NCBI GenBank assembly: GCA_964521165.1
Contig: CAZFRA010000003.1
Location: 10,076 to 74,075 of the forward strand
Direction: 5' to 3'
Length of the DNA: 64,000 nt
From: an uncultured Lachnospiraceae bacterium
Lineage (GTDB): Bacteria; Bacillota; Clostridia; Christensenellales; UBA1242
The notes under the pieces were generated by a model. It ran no database searches and was not told the origin of the DNA. It saw only the letters and a program-made list of their open reading frames with translations. The stretch's first letter is position 1; each line of letters opens with the position of its first letter. This document shows, in pieces, positions 49,389-57,051 of the stretch. The position numbers and the translations under genes are program-made.

Positions 49389-49716
49389 TTTAACGTGCAT
49401 AATGTGCCCGCTTGGATGCAATTTGATAGCGACCAAAGACGGCGACAACATCACTGTCACTGGCAACAACTGTCAACGTGGCGTTGTTTTTGCCAAAGAA
49501 GAACTAACTTGCCCAATGCGTATTGTGACAAGTTCAGTGAAAACGGCAAAAGGTGTGAAAAGTTGTAAAACAACAAAAGGTGTGCCAAAGGCAAAGATTT
49601 TTGATGTTATGAAAGAGATTGAAAAATTGCGCTTAAAAGATGCGAAATATGGTCAAGTTGTCATTAAAAATGTGCTTGATACCGGCGCCGATGTCGTCAT
49701 CACAGCAAATGAATAA
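49375..49716 (+). CDS. DUF1667 domain-containing protein
   Basis: A 113-aa protein with the CIMCPLGCNL...TGNNCQRG Cys pattern typical of DUF1667. Its position as third gene after the two FAD oxidoreductases is the conserved one. Confidence 0.7.
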   Translation: MEKYNLTCIMCPLGCNLIATKDGDNITVTGNNCQRGVVFAKEELTCPMRIVTSSVKTAKGVKSCKTTKGVPKAKIFDVMKEIEKLRLKDAKYGQVVIKNVLDTGADVVITANE

Positions 49717-49720
49717 ACAA

Positions 49721-49749
49721 AAACCGCGGGTTTTGCCTGTGGATTTTTA
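49721..49749 (+). terminator. Probable terminator after the DUF1667 gene
   Basis: CCGCGGG (49724-49730) pairs with CCTGTGG (49736-49742) with two G:U pairs, then A-TTTTT. Confidence 0.5.
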
Positions 49750-49831
49750 TTATTGCATATTATGAAAAGATGAATAAATTTAAGAAATCCTTTCAAAACT
49801 TTGTTCTTAAACATCAACATTTTAGTGGGAC

Positions 49832-50638
49832 TCAATAAGAATCGTCGCGCAAGACTTTCATAATAATTGTGAAACTTTTATCTTCTTTTCTTTTTTTAAT
49901 TTTATCATAAATATAGAACGGCAGGATGCTGACAAGCGCGATAACGGCGACCAAAAGAGCATAGTCGAGAAGATAGGAATATTGCCAATTTAAAAAAGCG
50001 AACAGGTCGAACGGCAAACCATTATCCATAAGATAAAGAAAGTTAGCGTCTTCCACCAAAAGATTGCCAATCATCGACCAGCAGGCGATAAGGAAAATTC
50101 CCAAGAACCCTTGCCAAAAATCTTTAACCCGCACCTTGAAATATCCACTTGCGATGCAGGCGATAACAACGGTTGGCATAATGAAATGAAGAAGCAGACT
50201 TTCATAGTGCAAGAAAGAAAGCGTGGAGAGATAATAATAATCGCCGAAAATAAAGGTCAAAATTCCGCCAAAAAAGGTGACAACCAGCACGGCAAGAAAA
50301 CCCTTCTTGATTTTAAGAAGAAAGAAGAGCGGAAAAACAAAACTCATCAAATGGCAAAGGTGCCACGGCAAAACTTCCACAAAGGTTTGTTTTGCGCTGA
50401 AATACAGAAGTGCCATTCGAAAAATGCGGAAAAATATCATCACGAAACACAAAACGGTTGTGAGTTTTAACGCAAAATTAGGATATTTTTTAAATAAGAA
50501 AAACGCAGCAACAAGCCACAAAGCGAGTCCAACCATCAAACAGATATGAAGTGGACACCAAAGTCCAGGCCCATCGCCCATAGCATAGTCATTTTCAATT
50601 AGCCAATCATAAAAAGTAAAACTGGCAGTAATCATCAT
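49832..50638 (-). CDS. YwaF/TMEM164-family integral membrane protein, paralog 1
   Basis: A polytopic protein with the family-typical LPWHLCHL motif and a later conserved His region (LLLHFIMP). I prefer the ATG at 50638 to the track's TTG at 50644. Confidence 0.55.
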   Translation of the reverse strand: MMITASFTFYDWLIENDYAMGDGPGLWCPLHICLMVGLALWLVAAFFLFKKYPNFALKLTTVLCFVMIFFRIFRMALLYFSAKQTFVEVLPWHLCHLMSFVFPLFFLLKIKKGFLAVLVVTFFGGILTFIFGDYYYLSTLSFLHYESLLLHFIMPTVVIACIASGYFKVRVKDFWQGFLGIFLIACWSMIGNLLVEDANFLYLMDNGLPFDLFAFLNWQYSYLLDYALLVAVIALVSILPFYIYDKIKKRKEDKSFTIIMKVLRDDSY

Positions 50639-50872
50639 AAACAAAAATTCCCTTTTTATATTATAGAAAAAAATTATGCTATTTGTAAAGAAAAAAGGAA
50701 AAATTTTCCGTTTTTATGTTGAATTTTTAAAAACACAAAAAAAGTTTTCTTGACAAAAATTATAAAAACAAGCAAAACATTTTTATTTTTAGAAAAATAA
50801 TGCTATAATCAATAAATAAGAAAACCTATCTCGATGGAATAATTTGCAGTTTAGCCAAATTTTGAGGATAAA

Positions 50873-51451
50873 ATGATAATCAAAGATTTAAAAAAAGAGT
50901 TAAAGAAAAAAGAAATTGATTATGACGAAGTGGCCACAATCAATGTCAAGGCGGAGAATGAAAACGCGATTTTTTCGGAATATAACTACGATGCCAACGA
51001 GATTCTAAATCCAGACCTTGAAAATTTTCTTATTGAAAAAGCAAGAACAGTGCCAAACAAATCAAGATTACGAGTAAAAATTTTCACTAACGATGATGTC
51101 GTCGAAAGTGAAGTGGAAAGAGCATACAAAAACAAATTTAGTAAAGAATTTGAAGAGTGTGAGCGAAGTTTGAAGCGAAATATGCTTTTTGCGCTTGCAA
51201 TGTTTATTATTGGTGTGCTTTTCATTGGTTTTTTGATTTTGGAAATGCATATTTTTGAAAATTATATTCTCTCCATAATTTTGGAAGTTGCTGTCTGGGT
51301 TTTTATTTGGGAAGCAGTGGATGCTTTCTTTTTGGAGCGGTCGACAATAAAACGACGCCGTTATCAAATGGCGAGGCTTTATTATGCCGAACTTGAAATC
51401 GTTACGCTTAATTTTGACAAAATAGAAGAAAAATTGACAAAAAACAACTAA
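50873..51451 (+). CDS. Hypothetical membrane protein (soluble N-terminal half, two C-terminal TM helices)
   Basis: A 192-aa ORF with a GAGGA SD. The TM segments are MLFALAMFIIGVLFIGFLIL and ILSIILEVAVWVFIWEAV. I recognise no family. Confidence 0.5.
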   Translation: MIIKDLKKELKKKEIDYDEVATINVKAENENAIFSEYNYDANEILNPDLENFLIEKARTVPNKSRLRVKIFTNDDVVESEVERAYKNKFSKEFEECERSLKRNMLFALAMFIIGVLFIGFLILEMHIFENYILSIILEVAVWVFIWEAVDAFFLERSTIKRRRYQMARLYYAELEIVTLNFDKIEEKLTKNN

Positions 51452-51513
51452 TTTCTTGCATATAAATATTGTATATTAAAAAAAATCATTTTTGAAAATA
51501 AGGAGAATTGAAT

Positions 51514-52344
51514 ATGAAATATCAAATAATTGTTGATAGTTGCTCCGATTTAAATGAGGACTATCTTAACGGAACAGGAATTGGTTTTAAAATCGTTCCT
51601 TTAACAATCAATGTGGGCGACAGCGAATATGTCGATATTGCTGGTTGCGATGTGGATGGAATGCTCAACAAATTAAAAACACCAAAAATTAAAAGTTCCA
51701 GCGCTTGTCCAGCGCCAGAAACATTTAAAAAAGAATTCGATAATGCAGACTATACTTTTGTTGTGACATTAACTTCCAAACTTTCGGGGTGCTATAACAG
51801 TGCCCTGCTTGCCAAAAATGAGCACGAGAATTCGTCGCATATTCACATTATTGACTCAAAAGCAGTTTCAGGAACAGAAGTCTTGATTGTTAACAAACTT
51901 GTTGAATTCATCAATGCTGACTTGGATTTTGAAGTTATTGTGGATGAAATCGAAAAATTTAAGGAAAGTTGCACACTTTTCTTTGTTCTTCAAAAATTTG
52001 ACAACCTTGTCAATAATGGACGTATGAGCAGAATTGCCGGGCTTATTGCCAGCACAATTTCTCTCAAACCAATTTGTAAGGCTGTTGATGGTGAGATTAA
52101 AATAATTAAGAAAATTATTGGCTCAAAACAACTCTTCTCAAGACTTTCTTTAATGATTAAGGAGGTTTTGAACGGCGATAAAACGCGCCGAATTATCATT
52201 TCTGAATGCAAAGCGCAAGGAGAAGCAGAAGAGTTGAAGCGCGAAATTGAGAAAAATTGTGGTAACACCAACATCGAAATTTTACCTATGAAGGCGCTCA
52301 CAAGTTACTATGCTCTTGAAAAAGGAGTGATTGTTTGCTTTTAA
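51514..52344 (+). CDS. DegV-family fatty-acid-binding protein (FakB-like)
   Basis: MKYQIIVDSCSDLNEDYL...KIVPLTINVGDSEYVD is the typical DegV N terminus. ATG 51514 has an AGGAGA SD 7 nt upstream; the track's TTG at 51508 is too close to the SD. Confidence 0.8.
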   Translation: MKYQIIVDSCSDLNEDYLNGTGIGFKIVPLTINVGDSEYVDIAGCDVDGMLNKLKTPKIKSSSACPAPETFKKEFDNADYTFVVTLTSKLSGCYNSALLAKNEHENSSHIHIIDSKAVSGTEVLIVNKLVEFINADLDFEVIVDEIEKFKESCTLFFVLQKFDNLVNNGRMSRIAGLIASTISLKPICKAVDGEIKIIKKIIGSKQLFSRLSLMIKEVLNGDKTRRIIISECKAQGEAEELKREIEKNCGNTNIEILPMKALTSYYALEKGVIVCF

Positions 52345-52421
52345 TTAAAAATTTTTAAAAAATGAGTGTTATGTTTGACTTTTTCTTGAGAAATGATTAG
52401 AATATTCTCAAGGAGGGAAAA

Positions 52422-52922
52422 ATGAAGGAAAACACAAAAAACATCATTTATACGATTGCTTCAATGGTCTTTGCCGGTCTTATTTTGGTGTTTATGGCAG
52501 TGCCAAATGTTTCATACGGTTTCAGCGCTGGTTCAAGTAGTGTTAGAACGGAATATTCCGGTTTTGATTACTACGAAAGCGGGACTGACTTCTTCAAGTC
52601 GATGCTTATTATCACTGGAATTGTGGCTTGCGTTTTGACTGTTGTTGCACTTTTGAAAACACTTATTGATTGTTTTTCGAAAAAGAAAAAGTTTTCCGGA
52701 CTTTTGACATTCATTCTCAAAATTGCCGGATTGACTTTGTTTGTGACGGCACTTCTCTATATGATTTCTGTGATTGTGATGTGTAGTGATAACAGTATCA
52801 CAAACGACTATTCAAGCATTGGATTAAGTCCCGTTTATTGGTCAATTGTTTTGATTGCAATTTTTGGTCTTATCAGTGCAGTCTCAGCATTCCTAACAAA
52901 CAAAGCTAAGAAAAAGAAATAA
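52422..52922 (+). CDS. Hypothetical membrane protein (4 predicted TM helices)
   Basis: A 166-aa ORF with an AGGAGGG SD, four hydrophobic segments and a basic KAKKKK end. I recognise no family. Confidence 0.5.
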   Translation: MKENTKNIIYTIASMVFAGLILVFMAVPNVSYGFSAGSSSVRTEYSGFDYYESGTDFFKSMLIITGIVACVLTVVALLKTLIDCFSKKKKFSGLLTFILKIAGLTLFVTALLYMISVIVMCSDNSITNDYSSIGLSPVYWSIVLIAIFGLISAVSAFLTNKAKKKK

Positions 52923-53024
52923 AAAACGAAAAATCATACAAAAGTATGATTTTTTGTTGCTAAAATAATGTAAATAATTGCATTTTGTTTGTGTTTTTTT
53001 ATTCAAATTTGGTAAAATATATCT

Positions 53025-53786
53025 ATGTTTGTATGGACGGAAGCAGAAGGGACAGTTTTACCGATAGCATTAATTATGACTTTGTTCATCTCAATTCTTA
53101 TCGCTTATTTATTACGCAAAAAAAGCGAATTGATAAGACGAATACCTTTGATGATAATTACTGCTATTACTCTAACACTCGAACTTGTAAAACAAATTTT
53201 ATATATTATGAGTGGTTATGACCTATGGGCAATACCACTTCATTTTTGCAGCCTATTTCTCTACTTCTATCCGCTTGCAAGTTTCTTTAAAGGCAAAGTC
53301 GGTGAGTTTGGAAAAACAATGTGTTTTATCGCTGGCTCCTTCTTTTTGCTGATGTTTTACATAAATCCAAGGTCTATTGTAGGCTCTTCTTGTGAAGACA
53401 TATTTAAGACTTTTAACACTTTCCATACATTTACATACCATCATCTAATTTTTCTTTTCTATTTCACTATGCTATTCTCGAAACTGTATAAACCATCGAA
53501 AGACGATTTTCTGTATGCTTTCATCGGTATTGGTGCTTATGTTTTGGTTGCTATTCCACTCGCACACATTCTTAACACAAACTTCTGCAACCTTTTAACA
53601 AGTAACATTCCTTTTATGGAAACTTTCCGACAGAATTATGGACAGGTTGTCTACACCATAGCGATGATACTTTTTGGAATTGGTGGTGGAGAAGTGATTG
53701 TGTTGATACCGAATTTGATATTCAAAAAAGTCAAAAAAGAAGATAATTTTAATAAAATTATAAAAATTTTAAGAACCGAGGTATAA
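53025..53786 (+). CDS. YwaF/TMEM164-family integral membrane protein, paralog 2
   Basis: IPLHFCSLFLYFYPL matches the PLHLC signature, followed by FHTFTYHHLIF. The protein is 253 aa and polytopic. It has no SD, and an extended -10 lies 6 nt upstream of the ATG. Confidence 0.6.
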   Translation: MFVWTEAEGTVLPIALIMTLFISILIAYLLRKKSELIRRIPLMIITAITLTLELVKQILYIMSGYDLWAIPLHFCSLFLYFYPLASFFKGKVGEFGKTMCFIAGSFFLLMFYINPRSIVGSSCEDIFKTFNTFHTFTYHHLIFLFYFTMLFSKLYKPSKDDFLYAFIGIGAYVLVAIPLAHILNTNFCNLLTSNIPFMETFRQNYGQVVYTIAMILFGIGGGEVIVLIPNLIFKKVKKEDNFNKIIKILRTEV

Positions 53787-53787
53787 T

Positions 53788-54666
53788 ATGAATTTGTTTG
53801 AACAATTTTTGGCAAGTTTAGACGGCAAAATAACCAAACCAACGTTGTGGGGTTTGTTTCATATAACAGCTTTGGTGATAACTATCATCTTAACCGTGCT
53901 TATTTGTACTTTTGCCATAAAAAACAAACGCGAAGGAAAAAGTAATGATAAACTTGTGCGGGTTTGTGTTTTGATTTATGCTATTGTGACTATAATTCTT
54001 GAAATATACAAGCAGTTGAATTTCTCATTTAACAGCACAACAGGAGAGTGGAGTTATCAATGGTATGCCTTTCCATTCCAATTCTGTTCCACACCAATGT
54101 ATGTCGCTCTCATTGCGGGATGCTTGAAAAAGTGTGAATTTCAAAAATATTTGTATGCCTACATCGGCACTTTTGTCCTTTTTGCCGGACTGTGCGTGAT
54201 GTTCTATCCAAACGGTGTTTTTGTTACCACAATTGGAATTAACATTCAAACGATGGTTTGCCACGGCGGAATGATTGTTATTGGAGTTTTGGTTTTGGTA
54301 AGTGGCGTTATAGATATGAAATGGACGACCATTTTGAAGGCGATTGCAGTTTTTGCTGTGTTTGTTGTGATTGCTCTTATTATGAACATAATTTTCAACA
54401 GCACCGGCAACACCGCCAACTTCAATATGTTCTACATCAGTCCTTACCGCACTTGTACATTACCACTTTTACAAGACATTCAAGAAGAAGTGCCGTATAT
54501 CATCTTCTTGCTGATTTATATCATTGGTTTTTCACTCGCGGCATTCATTATCTTTGCTGTGGCAAAAGGTTTGGATGATGCTATCAACAAAAGAGTCAAG
54601 AGAAATTCTTTTGAAGATGACAATTCAATGAATATCATTTTCCGTAATTTAAAAAATTTGCAATAA
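53788..54666 (+). CDS. YwaF/TMEM164-family integral membrane protein, paralog 3 (divergent)
   Basis: AFPFQFCSTPMYVALI occupies the PLHLC-motif position, followed by MVCHGGMIVIG. The protein is 292 aa and polytopic. It starts 2 nt after paralog 2. Confidence 0.5.
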   Translation: MNLFEQFLASLDGKITKPTLWGLFHITALVITIILTVLICTFAIKNKREGKSNDKLVRVCVLIYAIVTIILEIYKQLNFSFNSTTGEWSYQWYAFPFQFCSTPMYVALIAGCLKKCEFQKYLYAYIGTFVLFAGLCVMFYPNGVFVTTIGINIQTMVCHGGMIVIGVLVLVSGVIDMKWTTILKAIAVFAVFVVIALIMNIIFNSTGNTANFNMFYISPYRTCTLPLLQDIQEEVPYIIFLLIYIIGFSLAAFIIFAVAKGLDDAINKRVKRNSFEDDNSMNIIFRNLKNLQ

Positions 54667-54721
54667 GAATTAAAAAAATTGCAGTTGTCAGTTGATTGTT
54701 TTTCAAATGAATAATAAAATA

Positions 54722-54760
54722 AAAAATAGTGGCAATATTTTTTTACCACTATTTTATTTT
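54722..54760. terminator. Bidirectional terminator between convergent genes
   Basis: ATAGTGG (54726-54732) pairs with CCACTAT (54746-54752), flanked by an A-run and a T-run. Confidence 0.55.
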
Positions 54761-54792
54761 GTCAATTTTAAAGATAGCAAACCTTGCTGTTT

Positions 54793-55041
54793 TTAATTTT
54801 GTTTTTGAAATTTTCCGTCTTTTTTGTGGACAATAACTTTCATATTTTGACTTTCGCAAAGTTCCTTAACCCTTTTTATTGCTTCATCTTTTGTTAGAAA
54901 AGAAGAGATAACTCGTTTTGCGCCATCTTTTTTTATAAGCCAAACACGGTTTTCGTGGTCATAAACCACGCGATAAACCGATTTTTTTTCTTTTTCTTCT
55001 TTCTCTTTCTTTTTTTCGTTTTTCTTCTTTCGACCAAACAT
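54793..55041 (-). CDS. DUF2188 domain-containing protein
   Basis: YRVVYDHENRVWLIKKDGAKRVISSFLTKDEAIKRVKELCESQNMKVIVHKKDGKFQ fits the DUF2188 pattern (W.vk.eg..r....f.tk.eAi..a..la......i.ih..dG.i). The N terminus is KKEK-rich. Confidence 0.7.
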   Translation of the reverse strand: MFGRKKKNEKKKEKEEKEKKSVYRVVYDHENRVWLIKKDGAKRVISSFLTKDEAIKRVKELCESQNMKVIVHKKDGKFQKQN

Positions 55042-55098
55042 ATTCTTTCTCCTTTGCTATATCTCTATTATACCTTAAATACAACAAAAAAGCAAGGA

Positions 55099-55482
55099 TT
55101 AATTTTCGTAAAGTGCAAGATAGATTTCTTTTGCTGTGTTTATCGCCTTGAAGAGATTTTTAAGCGTAATGTTTTGTACCAGAGATTCGTTTGTGCCAAG
55201 GTAGGAGCCAAGATGTGCACAAATTTGTGCAAGTGATTTAATTAGTTCCATATTGTTTGGATAGTCATAATCGTTCGTTTCTTGCACATTCAACCCAAAT
55301 TCTTCTTCCATTTCTTTGAAGGTGTCCGTGAGCAGTGCCTTCATCAAGATTTGCCCTTTTTTAACATATTTTTGTGACTCGGCAAGTTCGCCGTCACCAA
55401 CTTTTATTTCTGCATCAACAAAGCAAGCGCAAGCGTTCGCTGTGGTTTCCAAAAGTTCGGAAAAAAGTTCTTGTTTTGCCAT
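55099..55482 (-). CDS. Hypothetical protein (127 aa, acidic, predicted all-helical)
   Basis: An ORF with an AAGGAG SD, co-directional with the DUF2188 gene. I recognise no family. Confidence 0.5.
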   Translation of the reverse strand: MAKQELFSELLETTANACACFVDAEIKVGDGELAESQKYVKKGQILMKALLTDTFKEMEEEFGLNVQETNDYDYPNNMELIKSLAQICAHLGSYLGTNESLVQNITLKNLFKAINTAKEIYLALYEN

Positions 55483-55558
55483 ATTTTTTACTCCTTTTTA
55501 TAATTATACAACAATTTTTGCAAAAAGTTAATCATTTTGAAGGAGAGTAAAAAGTTAA

Positions 55559-55587
55559 TTGACTTTAATGATGAAATATTTTAAAAT
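55559..55587 (+). promoter_or_regulatory. Promoter placed for leaderless transcription of dinB
   Basis: TTGACT at 55559-55564, a 17-nt spacer, and TAAAAT at 55582-55587. The dinB ATG begins at 55594, only 6 nt after the -10, and no SD is present. Confidence 0.5.
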
Positions 55588-55593
55588 AATGTT

Positions 55594-56799
55594 ATGAGAG
55601 CGATTCTTCATTGCGATTTAAACAATTTCTACGCGAGTTGCGAAGTGCTTGTCAATCCCGAGTTGAAGGGATTGCCTGTTGCTGTTGGCGGGCGAGAAGA
55701 AGACCGACACGGCGTGGTTGTGGCAGCAAACTATGAAGCCAAAAAGTTTGGTGTGCGTTGCGGTGTCACGACTTATCAAGCCAAAAAACTCTGCCCGAAC
55801 ATCGTGATTTGCCAACCAAAGTTTGAAATATACAACAAATTTTCACGCGATGTGCGTAAGATTTATGAAGAATATTCCGACCGCGTCGAAGTTTTTTCGA
55901 TTGACGAGTGTTTTATCGATGTCACGCACAGTAAAATTTTTGGCACACCAGAAGAAATTGCAAACAAAATCCGTGAAAGAGTGAAAAAAGAAGTTGGACT
56001 TACCATTTCCGTCGGTGTCAGTTTCAACAAGACTTTTGCCAAAATCGGAAGCGATTTTAAAAAGCCGGATGCCACAACCGTAATAACCGAAGAAAATTTC
56101 AAAGAAAAGGTTTGGGTTTTGCCGATTGCGGATATGTTTGGTGTTGGAAGAAAAATGCGAGAGAAACTTCAAAGGTTTAGTATAAACACCATTGGCGATT
56201 TGGCGAATTTTGATAAGAAATTTTTAGTCGAAGAGTTTGGAAAAGTTGGTGAAGAATTGCACAAAAAAGCGAATGGACTTGATAACGAAGAAGTGCAACT
56301 TGCAAACATCCAAAACGCACCAAAAAGCGTTGGCAACAGCACCACATTCTATAAAGACCTGTTCGACAAAAAAGAAATCGAACTTGCCTTTTTTGTTATT
56401 GCCGAAAGTGTGGTTGAGCGAATGATAAAAAAGAATTTGAAAACCTGTCGAACGGTTTCAATTGTCGTGCGCGATAGCGACTTAAAATTCTACCAAAAAC
56501 AGTGCAAAATTGAGCCTTGCCGAAACAGTGATATAATTGCAAAAACAGCGATAAAACTTTTTTTCGACAATTTTTCTTTCAAAAATGGTGTTCGACTTTT
56601 GGGAATTTCTGTCAGCGACTTTGATGAAGGTGAACAACTTTGCCTATTTTCACAAGACGAAAAACATCTCGACGAAGTGATGTTAAAAATTCGCGACAAA
56701 TATGGACGCGACAGCATCCGTCGTGGCAACTCGTTGAGTAATAAAAAAATTGCATCTGCTTTGGATAGGGGACAATTAGATAAAAATTCGGAAGAGTAA
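55594..56799 (+). CDS. dinB: DNA polymerase IV (Y-family translesion polymerase)
   Basis: ILHCDLNNFYASCEVL..P.LKGLPVAVGG...GVVVAANYEAKKFGVR....SIDECFIDVT are canonical Y-family motifs. An in-frame TAA at 55582-55584 fixes ATG 55594 as the first possible start. Confidence 0.9.
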   Translation: MRAILHCDLNNFYASCEVLVNPELKGLPVAVGGREEDRHGVVVAANYEAKKFGVRCGVTTYQAKKLCPNIVICQPKFEIYNKFSRDVRKIYEEYSDRVEVFSIDECFIDVTHSKIFGTPEEIANKIRERVKKEVGLTISVGVSFNKTFAKIGSDFKKPDATTVITEENFKEKVWVLPIADMFGVGRKMREKLQRFSINTIGDLANFDKKFLVEEFGKVGEELHKKANGLDNEEVQLANIQNAPKSVGNSTTFYKDLFDKKEIELAFFVIAESVVERMIKKNLKTCRTVSIVVRDSDLKFYQKQCKIEPCRNSDIIAKTAIKLFFDNFSFKNGVRLLGISVSDFDEGEQLCLFSQDEKHLDEVMLKIRDKYGRDSIRRGNSLSNKKIASALDRGQLDKNSEE

Positions 56800-56937
56800 A
56801 AGAAAATTAAAAAAGTTTGCAAAGATACAACTATCACCGATGGTGTGGTAAATCGGGAGAGTAAACCTTTTATTCATCCAAAGATAAAATTGAAGCGCGG
56901 ATATAATTAAATTACGAAAATTTTTAATCTCAAAAAA

Positions 56938-56965
56938 TGTCCACTGATTTAAAATTAAAGTTTAA
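56938..56965. repeat. Left flank element of the WG-repeat cassette: TGTCCACT-GA-TTTAAAATTAAAGTTTAA
   Basis: The 18-mer TTTAAAATTAAAGTTTAA (56948-56965) recurs exactly at 58181-58198. The 8-mer TGTCCACT (56938-56945) is the reverse complement of AGTGGACA at 58201-58208. Confidence 0.8.
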
Positions 56966-56991
56966 AGAACCAAGAAATTTTCCAAAATATC

Positions 56992-57019
56992 TTGACACGG
57001 GGGGGGAATTTGATAGAAT
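56992..57019 (+). promoter_or_regulatory. Promoter of the WG-repeat gene (extended -10)
   Basis: TTGACA at 56992-56997, a 16-nt spacer, and TGaTAGAAT at 57011-57019. Confidence 0.55.
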
Positions 57020-57051
57020 AGTTTTGAAAAAGAAGAAAAAGGAGAAAAAAT

